A stretch of 63,998 nt of DNA, filler included, from Licmophora abbreviata (Eukaryota): assembly GCA_900291995.1 (NCBI GenBank). It is 14 parts of 14 records of this genome, joined end to end, with 100 filler letters (N's around TTAATTAATTAA, not from the genome) between each part and the next. Parts side by side here need not be neighbours in the genome. Positions count along the whole stretch, not along the records: positions 8,254 to 12,680 come from OLMU01006035.1; positions 12,781 to 14,987 come from OLMU01006036.1; positions 15,088 to 23,055 come from OLMU01006037.1; positions 23,156 to 25,571 come from OLMU01006040.1; positions 25,672 to 30,248 come from OLMU01006041.1; 9 more parts are not named here. One strand, 5' to 3'. Made by a program: the position numbers and the translations under genes. The first letter of the stretch is position 1, and each line of letters begins with the position of its first letter. Positions 12,612 through 26,400 of this stretch are shown here, one piece after another. The notes beneath the pieces are model-generated. The model was given only the letters and a program-made list of their open reading frames with translations, was not told the origin of the DNA and did not search any database.

Positions 12612-15600
12612 TCAGAAGAAAGCAGCTTCAAGGAGAGCGGCTTCTTCTTCGTCGGCGGTGGATGTCGCACGTGGGATTTTNNNNNNNNNNNNNNNNNNNN
12701 NNNNNNNNNNNNNNNNNNNNNNNNTTAATTAATTAANNNNNNNNNNNNNNNNNNNNNNNNNNNNNNNNNNNNNNNNNNNNAATGTACTGTCTGAGAATGC
12801 TTGTCTGGCGATTGGTGGCGGGCCGTACATGCGGTCTATGTCCTCGAACCGATATCGAGGGTCTTGCGCATACGCTTGATTTGTGTACGGAGAGGAGGCA
12901 CCGATATTGTCAAGATGGTGGTACGATGGCATTGAATGCGAAGACGGAAACAGAGTACCAGTGCTCTCAACCTGATTTTGTTTGAACGCTGCTGTTGCTG
13001 CTGCATACTGCGGAAATAGAGGACCCGCTTGATTTACAGGCATCTGGAGAAAAAGCGCTTGCTGCTCCTCAGCCTTCAGACGAAGAAGATCTCGATCAGG
13101 GACTCTTGCTGATCTCCGCAATGACGTGGAGCGGGCTGTGATCTTTGTGCCCCCTTTGTTCTTCGACTGAAACGCAGAAGGCGGCACCTGATAAGTGAAT
13201 GCCTTCGTTGCGGAGCGCTGCGAAGTCGGCAACTGGCGAACCCGCGATGCTGGTTGTGATGGGATCACGCTCTGTCCGCTAGAATGAAGAATCGCGGTAC
13301 GGTCAAGATTTGATTCGGCGTCGTTCGGATCGTAGCTATACCCTGAAAATGGGTTGTCATTGGCGTTTTGAAATGCTCTCTGTTGGAAGTTTTTCTGTGC
13401 TCGCTTTTCTTGCCTCCAGACAGACGTACTGGCACCGCGGTCAGCCGTGACTGACAATCGTTTGCCTACAGGCTCACCTGTCGCTTCATTGCTACTAGTT
13501 TGAGTCTTTGCTGCCACTGCAGCTGAAAAGGCTCTTGGAGACGGCGTGATTACGCAGTTGTCAGGTGGCGCGACAGTCGAGTCAGGCAGTACCCAGGTCT
13601 CACTGGACTCAATGGCCCTGACGCTTCGCGTAGGATGGTGCACCTGCCCGTATTTCCCGACAGGCTGGTCCACCCGAACTTTTCTGATCTTGGACTTGCG
13701 TGGTTCCAAACGGGCCTCTGTTCCAATGCTTGAGTGCTCGTGTCTTTTCTGAGCTGTCACTTCCACGGACTGCCTTTTGGAGAGATTTCGGACCTGCGTC
13801 GGAGATCCCGCAAAGGAGGACTTGTACACCTTGTCGTTGCCATCTAGCTCTAGACGCTCTGAGGAAAACACAACTTGGGAGAGTCAGCCAGTTTCTGGAT
13901 TCCTCTAGCACGTGCAGCAAGCTCACTTACCGTCCAAACCGACCATCGGAGCTATCAGATTGATAAAGACCTTCCCGAATCGTAGTGGACAGGGGAAGTT
14001 GTACTCTCCAGTCTCTGCAACATTCATCTGATAAAAGAGACAGGTCCCGGGAACGTCCGTATATGCGGCTAAAGTGTACTTGACCAGGGCTTGGTTGCGT
14101 GTGCTTTCTTCGTCAAGACCTTCGCTTAGGTTCTTTGACCGAGATAAGCTGCATGCGATGCCATTGGGCTCATCGTTCGTCCAGACTACTTTTGCAGACA
14201 GGCGGAGAGTATTGCGAAGCACCTTCCGCACCGCCGCACGAAGCTCCGTGCCGAACGGAGGAGTGCGACTAGCTGCTCTCTCAATTTCTGTACTCGAGCT
14301 TTTCACGACGTCACCGAAAGATACAATCTTGTTGAAGCGCAGCTTCGCCGTCTGGAGGTTTGCGAGATCGACCGTCAGGATAGACAAGAGGCTATGTGAG
14401 ACCAGAGTATGTCTATCCACACGAGTTGAATCACACCTAGTACCGCTGTCTTCACACTCACCGTCTTCTGGCCGACACCTTGGAGTTGGTTCAACACACC
14501 ATCACCCACACCCCAGAGACTTACGGCAAGTGATCGACGTAGACGCAAGCTTTGCACTGCGACTTGACCATTCTTGCTGCTATCAATGCTGAATTCCTCG
14601 ATCGCAGAAAGCATTCTAGTTGCGTACTCCACCATAGATGACATTTCCTGGCGAAGCGTATAATCCTCGAGAAAGTGCTGACCGATCGAAGCCTGAAGGA
14701 GAACAAACGCTTTCTGCCACGGAGCCTGAATAGTTACTTTACTTGGCGGCCCGGTGAGCTTGTACTTGATGGACTTGCTCACTTCTTTGAGGGCTTTCTT
14801 TTCTGCACGACGAACTGGGCGCTGGAGTCCCTTGAACTCAGAAAGCGCAGTGAGGAGTCTGACTTGGCTTGAATCAAAAGGAAGACCAACTATCTTCTTC
14901 ATGGCTTCGAACTCGACCAAGTGCTGGCTCATGATGTGACTTGCTGCGTTAGGCTTTATGTCAGAGTAGTCACCATTTCCAAAGATGNNNNNNNNNNNNN
15001 NNNNNNNNNNNNNNNNNNNNNNNNNNNNNNNTTAATTAATTAANNNNNNNNNNNNNNNNNNNNNNNNNNNNNNNNNNNNNNNNNNNNCGTCGCCCAGACT
15101 TCCAATCACTCTCTGAGAAATCTCGCAATTCATCACATCCACGAGAGAACGTTGGATGTGACTCTGTACCACCTCAAGTCCGCCCGACAGTTCCTCGTAC
15201 TTCTTTTTGGATGCGTTGTCGGTCATGATCACAGAGCATCCACTCGTGTCCAGGCCAGGGCGACCGGCTCTTCCCATCATCTGCAGAATGGTTCCGTGAT
15301 CTATCTCTTGCTGAACCCCGCGCCACGCGGAGGTCCCCTTAATGATCACTAAATGAGCCGGAAGATTGACTCCCATTGCGAGCGTCGAAGTCGCGCAGAG
15401 ACACGAGATCAGACCCTCGCTAAATGCCTTTTCAATGATCTTCCGATCATTGACGTCCAATCCCGCGTGATGGTAGGCGATGCCGCGAAGAAAGCACCGT
15501 TGTAGATCTGATATTGTAGTCTGACTAGCAAATTTCATCATTTCATTGCTGGACTTCCCGATAGACCCGGAAAGATCCTTGGCGAGCGTCTCGGTCTCTT

Positions 15601-17045
15601 TCTTGGTGTGACAAAAGACAATAGTGGGCTTCCCATCGGAGAAGCGCGCGACCAGTTCAGGGACATGACGGTCAAGGCTCCGACTGAAGAGGAATGCGTT
15701 TTTGCCTATGAACCCGAGACCGATGACGTGGGTTTTCAAAGGCACTGGACGAAAGGAGATGTCGAACACCTGCGCTTCATTGGCTCCGAGGAACGCAGCA
15801 ATGTTGGAGATGTTCGGGAGCGTAGCAGAGACCGCAACAATTCTCATGAATGCTGAAACAGATTCGTGGCTAGGCTGCCCATGGCTGCGAATAGAATCGA
15901 AGAGAGAGTATTGCGCTTGAGAGAATGTGTCGTTCGATGAATCTCATGTCCGACAACATGATCTTACCTGGACGACACATGCTGTATTGTCTTCATCCGA
16001 CAAATGACGGATTCCAAACAGGGCCCGCGGGTCTCGTCTCCCAGGAGGTGCACTTCGTCGACTAGAAGAAGCCTGACGGACCCAAAAAGAAATGCATGCT
16101 CCCTCCAGCGCCGAGTTAGACTGTCCCATTTCTCTGCGGTCGTAATGACAAGATGTGAAGCGGCTATGTCTCGGAAGGATCTCCCGGTTCTGCATCTCCC
16201 GTAATCATGGAGCACCGAACGCCAATGTTCATTTCCGACAAGCGCTGGCTCCAATCGTCGAACCTCTCTTCGCAGAGAGCTTTGGATGGACTGATGTAAA
16301 CCGCTTTTCGAGAGCTGCTTGCAAGGCGACTGTGGTGCTTACCACCCTGAGTCTGGAGGGACGAGGCGAAGAATCTAGCCATAGCAATCTCAAAAAGGGC
16401 AGTCTTGCCAGCGCCTGTCGGGGCACTAACGACGATATTATCGTCGCTGTCTGCAATGGTACTAGCAACTTCGGATTGAAGATGGTTGAACTCTTTGAAC
16501 TTGGAGAGCCATAGGTTGCAGATGGGACTCGGAAACAATGCAGTGACAGGGATCTTTCTGCGCAAGTGCAGTGGTCGATTCTGAAGTGACAGAAAGTGGA
16601 CGATCGGGTCAGGCCTGACATGATGCGGAGGAGGCTGAAACAAGGGTCTCTGGATGTCCGGAGGTCGAGAGGAGGGCGATTTGAATGCTGCAATGGTGCT
16701 TATCGCTTCGACGTGGTTTTGACTGCCTTGAAGGCTAGGAAGGGAATGAGGAATCTGGAGCTCGTCGCTTCCCAGCGAAGAAGTGCTGGGCGACAGATAG
16801 ACACGCTCCTTCTGAGTCTGCATGTTCTTGCCAGTTTCCACCCCTGAAGTCTCTGGTGGAGGCATCTGCGAGTCTTCATTGATGCTGTAGGCTCCATCGA
16901 GACAGATGACACGCTCGGATGAAGCATTGGTCTGCTTCTGCTGGAAGCGCTGAGTCGGTGAGAAGTGTTTCGATCCTCGTCGGCTGTCTTCTATCACAAC
17001 AACGGACTCGTCGCTCGATGTACTGCAGTCTCTGGATGGAGACAT
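12612..17045 (-). CDS. MER3: MER3/HFM1 meiotic Ski2-like DNA helicase with Sec63 domain; multi-exon, spans two linkers, 1-nt frameshift at ~16180
   Basis: SAPTGAGKT, ITTAEKWDSLTRRW, DEVHLL, VSATLPN, IAYHHAGL, TSTLAMGVNLPAHLVIIKGT, QMMGRAGRPGLDTSG; Sec63-like region 14375-14932; probable C-terminus ...LLEAAFF* at 12612. Confidence 0.88.
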
Positions 17046-17421
17046 TGTACTGCTGAGCTGCTGTCACCCGATGGCGACGAAGAACAAAGCTCGTGAATGT
17101 CCACCATTGTGACAATGACAAGAAAGAAGCGCGCCAAAACCTTCTTGCACGCGTCGCGCGCGGATCACAGTCTGTCCGCCACCTCTGACGCTTATTATTT
17201 TGACCCGCCTATTTCGAGCTTGACGACTTGAAACTCAAGTTCAAAGTGGCGGTTGTGCTCCTTCTCATTGCTAAGCGGACAGGGCGACGATTCCTCTGTC
17301 AGTGTTCAACTAGCTCCGTTTAGGATATATTATACTATCGAATGATTTCATATGAGTTAGACAATGTGCCATTCCTCTAAAATGAAGAGGACCATTCATC
17401 GAGCTGAAGCAAGGAATACGA

Positions 17422-20400
17422 CTAAAGGATCCAGTAGCGCCGACGACGTTTTTCCGTCATCGGCTGCCGATTTCTGCTGCCCAATCTTTTGATTTCCTTC
17501 TGAGTATCATCCTTGTTGCATTTTAGATTCGGTTCGCATTTCAGGATGTATCGGAAGTGGCATGTCTTCTTCTTGTCGCCAGACGGAGAGCATGCCGTCG
17601 GAGCGATGACAGAAGATCCATCGGTTTGACCGAATAAGTCTGGATCATCGTCTTGCACATAAAGATCTACAACAGAAGCACCATCCATGCACTGAGACCT
17701 GTATGTGGCAAAGATTCCGCTTTCAACAGATCTCGTCTTGACACACTCCAGATGGCCCTCGGCGTTGGAGAAGTCCGTGGCAACCCACTCGACCCTCTTT
17801 CTGACTGTAGAATCGCCTTCCTGTGTCTTCCATACTTGCGTCACCGCAAATGTAACGTGTTCGCCATCTCGAGACAACATTTCGATCGGGTGCTCATATC
17901 CAGAGACCATGCACTTATCCACTGGGACGGGGTGGATATCTCCGGCCATACTTTCTCGTTCGCATTCATTCGCCTCGACATTCGCACCTATTTTCTCACC
18001 ACCCATGTCCTCTTTCTCCAAGCGACGATCGCACTCGCTACAGGGAATGTAGAGCTCCCAATAGCACCGCTTGAGGGGGTTGAAGTGCATGAAAGAAACG
18101 TCGTTCGCACAGTCGGGGACATCAATATCGAATCCTGGTTGATTCACCGGGCTCTGCGTTCTCATGTCAAACAACTCTCCGATGACCCTTACCGTGGCTA
18201 CTCCGTTGACGCATCCAGCCTCGTACGTTCCAACAGTTCCCTCAGGGTAGTTCTGTACATCGCACTGAGATGCGCCGTCCATATCCTCTTTAACATCGTG
18301 CCAGATTTGAAGGTGCTTTGGGCTGTCAGCAAATGGCTGCCGGAGTTCAAATGTGACAGAGTCACCGTTGTACTGCAAAATATTCACCGACGAGGCTCCG
18401 TAGGACAAACCATCAGTGCATTGCTCTTCGACCTCAAATACTCTTTCTTCGACTTCGCAAAGAGGCGACGCGTGACGATTCGACACATGCTTAGGGTCTG
18501 GGCTCGAACGAGGGGTCTCGCTTAGTGAGGGGTCTGGCAAGCAGAGATTCAGGAACCGCATTGCGCCCGCCAGAGACAAGCTTAGCGTAACGCTCTCGAC
18601 ATTCTGTTCATCGATCGTCACATTCTGGACTGAATTGTCTCCGAGTCCATTGACAGTGTAGACGACGGGTATGAAACTGTCTTTCTTTTGGACCACGATG
18701 ATGGTGTTGCACTCAGGATCGATGTTCATCAATCCCATTGAAAGGACACTCAGAGCGGCGTTGGCAAACGTGAACGTGATCGATCCACCGGAATCATCAC
18801 CCTCAGGACTCGTGGTATCATCTTCTTGGATAATAAGAACATTCCCCTGGGGTGAGCAATTCTCTCCGGTAGCACCCGGTTCTCCAGCGGCGCCGATGCC
18901 TGGCCCCGGGACGTCGCATTTGTTGTTGGGACTACCAAAGCCAGGATCTGAGCCCGGGTACCAAGTATCAAGAACCCGTGCACTACCATTTGGTGTATGA
19001 GAGCCATCAATCGATGTTGCAGTGATGGTGATTCCATAGTCACTGAGCCACTCGTCCTTGAGATATTCCCCGCCTTTTATGCTTGTATTATCGGGTCTCA
19101 ACGAGAAATCAAGGAAAAGAAGCCGACCCGGACAAATATCAGTAGGCGGAAGAGTGGGTACCGGAACAGCCGCAGGCGGCTGCATTGGTGCGACCGGAAC
19201 GATGGAATCGAAAGGGGCAATAGGCAACGAGGAAGGTCTCTCGCTAGGAACTGAGGAAGGCTCAACGCTGGGAATATCGCTGGAGGACGCGTCTGGTAGA
19301 CACAAGCTCAAGTATCGAATTGCACCAGCCATCGACAAACTCAGAGTTATGCTCTCCACGTTCTCTTCGTCGATCGTGACATCCTGGATCGAGTTGTCCC
19401 CGAGCCCACTGACCGTGTAAACCACGGGAATAAATTTGTCAACCATTTGGACTACAACAATTGCGTTGCACAATGATTCAATGTCCATTAAACCAATCGA
19501 AAAGACGGTCAAAGCGGGATTATCAAAACTGAATGTGATAGATCCACCAGAATCGTCATCGTGGGGGGCATCGGTATCCGCTTCCTGGATGATCAGAACG
19601 TTCCCTTGCGGAGAGCAGTTCTCTCCGGGAGCTCCTGGCTTCCCGCCATCACCAACTCCCGGCCCAGAAACGTCACAGTCAACATTGGGACTTCCAAGGT
19701 CCACATCGGAGCCTGGAAACCGCGTGTCAAGCACCCGGGCACTACCGTTGGGAGTATGAGATCCATCGGTCGATGAGGCAGTGATGGTAATACCATATTC
19801 GCTCATCCATTGGTCCTTCAAGTAGTCACCGCTTTCAATCCTCGCACCATCGGGGGTAACAGCAAAATCAAGCACCAGCGGGTGTCCAGAACACGTTCCA
19901 GTGCCGATCGGTGGAATCGTTGGAGCTGGAACGGAGTGAAGGAAAGGCGACGGAGTCACCGATTCTGCCGGAGTGACAGGTGCCGCCAGAGATGAAGGTG
20001 GACTCGTCTGAAAGAAGGGCGTCTGAGTGTTGACAGTGAGAGGGGATGGGGCGATTGCACCACGCTTCATACAGAAGCAAATATACCGAATCGCCCCTGA
20101 TCGCACAAAACTGACTTTCACGGATTTGACATTCGCTTCGCCGATGCTTTCTGTCTGAATCGAGTTATCTCCCAGGCCAAATATGGGGTAGACTTTAGGG
20201 TTACTTCCGTCGGCCCGAAGAACTTCAATGAGATCTCGTCCTTGTTCCTCGATGTCCAAGAAACCTATGGACACTTCTTCGACAGGATGGTCGAACGTGA
20301 ATGTTATGTTGCCACCCTCGCTGTCATCATCCGGGTGAAACTTGTCCCTTTCTTGAATGATCAGAACGTTGCCTTGAGGAACACAGTTCTCACCTGGCTG

Positions 20401-23400
20401 GCCCGGCCTTCCTCCGTAGCCGTAACCAGGACCTGGAGGGCTGCACTTCCTGTTTGGAGATCCAAGGTCAGGATCACCTTCTCCATTGTTGGCTCCAGGG
20501 TCGGCCGTGTCAAAGATCCTGGCTTTTCCGTCTGGGGTGTAGCCACCATCATCGGCCACGGCACTGACAGTAAGACCATAGACACTGAACCACTCGTACT
20601 TGACATAATCGCCGTCCACCAGTGGTGTTCCATCGCCCGTAGTCGAGAAGTCTACACAGTACTCAATGCATGGCATTTCAGTGGGCGACAGGGAGGCTTC
20701 CTCGCTAGGTGATACTGTAGGGGCGGATGTCGGTTCCAAGGTAGGAGCTTCTGTCGGTTCCACGGTAGGAGCCGACGACGGTCCATCACTCAGAGCAACT
20801 GTAGGTTCCTGGATCGGAGGATCGGTTGGAGCTGGCGGAGAACAGAAACAAATAAACCGAATCGCTCCTGATCGTACGAAGCTGACTTTCACAGATTTGA
20901 CATTCTCTTCGCTGATGAATTCGGTTTGGATTGAGTTGTCCCCAAGACCTAAGATCGGATACATGGCAGGGTCGTTTGCGTAAGCAGTGGTTACTGCAAT
21001 TATGTCCCGTCGTTGTTCCTCAATGTCCATCAACCCTACAGATAGCACTCTCTCCACGGGACGATCGAAGGTGAAAGTGATACTTCCCCCCTCACTGTCG
21101 TCATCAGGGTGAAACTTGTCCTTCTCTTGGATAATCAAGACGTTGCCTTGAGGAACACAATTCTCGCCTGGCTGACCTGGTCTTCCTCCGTAGCCGTAAC
21201 CTGGCCCAGGGGGACTGCAATCCATGTTTGGACTTCCCAGGTCAGGATCACCTTCTCCATTGTTGGCTCCAGGGTCGGCCGTGTCGAAAATTCTTGCCTT
21301 CCCATCGGGTGTGTAGCCACCATCATCGGCCACAGCGCTGACAGTAAGGCCGTAGGCACTGAACCACTCGTACTTGACATAGTCACCGTCAAGAAGTGCT
21401 GTTCCGTCGCCCGTAGACGAGAAGTCCACGCAGACCTCGACACAGGAACTCTCCCCATTGGGTGACGGGGACGAAGTTTTGGGCTCTGGGACTGGCAAGA
21501 TAGCTACTGGAGTCTCCGTTGGGTAGATTGTTGACAGAACGGTAGGCATAGGAGACACTGGAGTCCAATCGGTTGGAAGTCGCGTAGGTTCCATCATCGA
21601 GGGCCGCTCTGTATATTCTAGAACTGTAGGAGCCAAAGTCGAGTCGAATGGCGCTTGCGTTGGATCAGACGGTACAACTGTAGGAGCCAAAGTCGAGTCG
21701 AATGGCGCTTGCGTTGGATCAACCGGAGCATCAGTAGCGTAACTCGGCGCTGGCGACGGATTCGGAGAAATCAGAACTTGATCAACTGGAACACTAGTCG
21801 AAGGGACACCGCTAGAGATATCCGCAAGAGATGGTTCCGCACTTCGAAAATTCGGCTGAGAAGGCGCCACACTCCGGACTACGGTCGGAAAACCCGACAA
21901 GTACACCTCCGTATCCGTTGTTGGCTCTTCACTCGGAGACATGCTTTGTCTTGCGGTTCCCACTGAGCTTGGACTTCCAGAGGGCATTGCACTTTCCTCG
22001 GTCTGAAAGTCGGACAAAGAGGGCTCGGCACTCGGGTTCGTGGTTGGATAATCGGACAAAGAAGGCTCGGCACTCGGGTTCGTGGTTGGATAATCCGACA
22101 AAGAAGGCTCGGCACTTGGGTTCATGGTTGGAAAATCTGACAGAGAAGGTTCGGTACTCGGGTTTGTGGTTGGAAAATCCGACAGAGAGGGTTCGGTACT
22201 CGGGTTTGCGGTTGGAAAATCCGACAAAGAAGGCTCCGCACGATCGGACAGGGTCGGATATCCCGATAGAGAAGGCTCGGCACTCTCGACTGATGGAAAG
22301 TCTGACAAAGACGGTTCTGTACTTTCCGTGGTCGGAGAATCTGGCATGGAAGGCTCATTACTCTGAATTGTCGTCGGATAATCCGATAGCGACGGCTCGA
22401 AGCTCTGAAATACTGTAGGGATGCTGGTTGTCCGTACCGGACCAAACATTGTCGGTGCAATAGAGGGAAAAGCGCTAGGACCTGACCCTGTGCCATGAGA
22501 ACATAGTTTCAGATGCCGAACTGCCCCGGAAGTGGCCAAGTTCACCTTCACACTCCTCACGTCCTCTGCGTTCACTGCGATATCCTGGATTGAGTTGCTT
22601 CCCAGACCATCCACAACAACGACCTCCGTGCTACCATCAGTGAGCTCCACATATAGGATGGCATCACCAGGTCCCTCAATGCCCATCAATCCAATCTCGA
22701 CAAGTTTTAAGACCGGGTTCTCGAATGTAAAGGTGATGTTGCCCCCCGATCCATTGTCGTCAGGAGTCATCTTGTCCTCTTCCTGGATTATCAAAACGTT
22801 CCCCTGAGGGATGCAATTCTCTCCGAGTTGACCGGGCTCCCCTCCACGACCTACACCAGGACCCGAGGGACTACATTTGTTGTTCGGACTACCCAAATGG
22901 ATGTCCGCTCTTCCTGGCGTGTCGGTGTTGAAGACACGAGCATGCTGGTCTGGCGTGTAAGTACCATCATTCGCCTCGGCTGAAATAGTGAAGGAGTGCT
23001 TGATAAACCACTCATACCTTACATAGTCACCATGCTTCAACTCTTGTCCACTTGGNNNNNNNNNNNNNNNNNNNNNNNNNNNNNNNNNNNNNNNNNNNNT
23101 TAATTAATTAANNNNNNNNNNNNNNNNNNNNNNNNNNNNNNNNNNNNNNNNNNNNTGGCACTGGCGTGGAGGAATGTGCGACGGCGCTTGGTTCGGGGCT
23201 GGCACTGGGAGCAGGACTGCTTGTGGGTGCGATGTCGGGGTCTGGCCGACTTTGGAGAGTACTAGACTGCAATTGTGGCGACTGGGAAGGGTCCTGTGAG
23301 CCGGAACTATTTGGTTTTGAAGGCGATGGCGAAGTAGTAGGAGTAAGAGGCGGCGTGCTCTCTTGAGAGGGATTTGATGGATCGACAGAAACACTCGGTC

Positions 23401-26400
23401 TCAGATCTGTCGGATTGCTTGGTGCCGGACTGGCACTTGGCGCAGGACTGACACTTGGAGTGAGGCTCAGTTGCCCCGAGGAATCGCTTGGTTCGGACGG
23501 CACCGCTGACATTCCATCAGTAGTCGGCATCGCAGTAGCATCGGACAGTGGCGTCAAGGACGCGCCAGCACTCGGGTCTAACCCTGTCTGAGCCTGAGAG
23601 GCGCTAGGTCTGGGACTGGCGCTTGGAGCAGGACTGACGCTCGGTGTAGTCTCGTTGCAGACCCCAGGACAGAAACAGATGTACCTAACCCCCAACGAGT
23701 TCGCAGCGACCACTCGAATATGACTCACATTCACCTGGTCATCGAATGTCTCTGTCTGCACAGAATTATCACCCAGGCCTTCAATTGGAGAGACACGTAT
23801 CACCCCCTCATACCCGGTTACTTCGATCCTGTCGCTTTTCCGATTGCCCATATCCATCAGACCAATGCTCAGAAGCTTCTCCAACGGACAAGCGAAGCTG
23901 AAGCTAATACTACCTCCGTACGCATTGTCATCAGGCATTTCCGTGTTAGATTGCTGAATGATGAGAATGTTGCCCTGTGGCTCACAGTTGACACCGCGTC
24001 GCCCCGGGGCACCTCCTCGACCGACCCCAGGTCCCGTAACACTGCACCTTTCGTTCGGACTACCTAAATCGAGGTCACCCGTCTTGGCGGCCTTACTGGT
24101 GTCGAAGATCCTAGCTTGTCCATTGGGCGTCCAGCCCCCGACCGAAGCCTCAGCTTTGATTTCCATACCATAAAGATTGAACCACTCAAGGCTAACGTAT
24201 TCACCATGAGCGATAGTTTCGTTTGTATTCGGTCTAGTCGAGAAGTCAATGCAAGTTTGAAGAGAGTCACGACACATGCTCGACGAGGAACCATTCGGAG
24301 CAGAACTTGGAGTCAGACCGAGAACCGATGGACTTGCTGATTCAGGAACAGGAGCACCTATGGCCACGAACTGAATAGTTCCCGTATTCGCAAATGTCAC
24401 ATTCAAGCTCGTCACATGCGTTTGATCAATGGTGACATTCAGCTCCATCTCGCCTTCAACACCATCAACAACAATCTCCTCAGTTTCCCCACCTTCCATT
24501 TCAATAACTAGGGTGACGCCGTTTGGACCATCGACGCCAATTAAGCCAACCATATAAACGGGGGGCGCATTTGCAAAAGCTAAAGAAATATTGCAGCCGA
24601 AATTGGCATGTACAGTCACTCCATAAGTGTTGTACCAATCCTCCATCGTATAGTCGCCACAGCTCAGTCCCGATGTAGAGTTCGGAGCTGCCATGAAATC
24701 AATCACGTCAATCTCCAGACCCGTCGGGGCTGGACTCTCGCTCGGAACGCTGCTGGGACCAGGGCTCTCGCTCGGTGCGATGCTTGGAGCAGGACTAGCA
24801 CTTGGACGGTCCAGGTCATCTGGACAGAAGGTCAAAAATCGAATCGCGCCGGATGTCTGGAAGCTTGCAATTACACTTGTTACCAGATCCTCGTCGATAC
24901 CCACCGATTGCACTGAGTTGTCACCAAGGCCATCCACAGGAATAGTCACAACAGTACCATCGGCCTTCTCCACCGACAGCGTGACGCGCTGACCTTCAAT
25001 GTCCATCAACCCGATTTCGTAGACGTGAGCGACCGGCGTGACGAAAGTAAACACCAAAACACCACCCGAGTTGTCATCATTTGAGTCGACTGTATCCTCC
25101 TCCTGAATAATCAGGACATTGCCCTGGGGGGCACAATTCTCTCCTTCGCTCCCAGGTCCCCCTTCTTCCCCAACACCAGGACCACCCCCAGGACAGTCCT
25201 GATTCGGGCTACCAAGATCAGGGTCAGGGCCGGGCTTCGACGTGTTCACGAGTCTGCCTTGTCCGTTTGGTGTGTACGAGCCGTCTAAGGACGCAGCAGT
25301 GATAGTAACTCCGTACTCACTGAACCACTGGTCTCCAATGTAGTCACCACCCTGTAGAATTGTTCCTTCGGGAGTCATACTGAAGTCAAGAGTGAACATT
25401 TCTCCGTCACACGGATCTGTCGGTGGGAAGCTGGGGCTGCTACCATCGACAGGCGATGTCGACGGAGCAGCTACGCTGGGGCTGATGTCGTTGACAGGCG
25501 ATACCGATGGTGACACTGGGGCGAGAGGGGTTGCGGGCTGATCTGGTGAGGGAGTCGGTACCTCTACAGCGNNNNNNNNNNNNNNNNNNNNNNNNNNNNN
25601 NNNNNNNNNNNNNNNTTAATTAATTAANNNNNNNNNNNNNNNNNNNNNNNNNNNNNNNNNNNNNNNNNNNNTTTGGCATGGGTGTCGGATCAGGGTCGAG
25701 AATCGGCGACGGCGTCGGGGACGTAGCAGGGTCAGGACTGCTTGGACTACCAGGCATCGGCGTCGGAGCCGAAACAGCTGTCGGAGATGGTGTCGGCATC
25801 TTCGTGGCCTGTGGATCGTCCGTAGCTGCTGCAACAGGTACAGGTGTTGAAACTGGGTCCAAAGTCGGAGAAGACGTTGGCAGTGGATCAGCAACGGGAC
25901 TTCGTGTTGGACTGGAGACGGGAGGCAACGTGACCAGCAGCGCTGTGTCGAACGTATAAGTGTCAGCACCCTGACAGGGAAAACCTGTAGGAGGATCAGC
26001 TTCACCTGCGGCGGTTGTCCTGTACTCCATAGGCTTGCACACATCTACAACCTCCACCTCCGTGGCAGAAGTGGCCTCGTCGACAGAAAGCACCAAATCG
26101 CTAAACATGGAAAGCAAGTCAACAACCTCACCACCCCGCTCTCGCTCCGCAACGGTCAGGATCATGGGGACTGTCCCAACATTCTTGAAGTCGTACGTGT
26201 ACGTCACCGTCTCGAGGCAGCTCAAGTCGCCACAAGACAGAATATTGACGCTCCCAAAACAGTCCGTGAGCTGCATATCGCTTGCTCCAGATGTATTGAC
26301 ACCCATAGTCTGCAAGGTAGAGTCGTCTCCAAGACTACGGGCCTCGCAAACAAGTGCATCCGGGAGACTCCCACCGTCGGCGCCACTCACTACAAAGGGC

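Noticed and set aside
20070..21445. Near-identical 600-nt duplication as a mobile element or misassembly
   Set aside because: In-frame domain copies with scattered substitutions and distinct linkers inside one ORF
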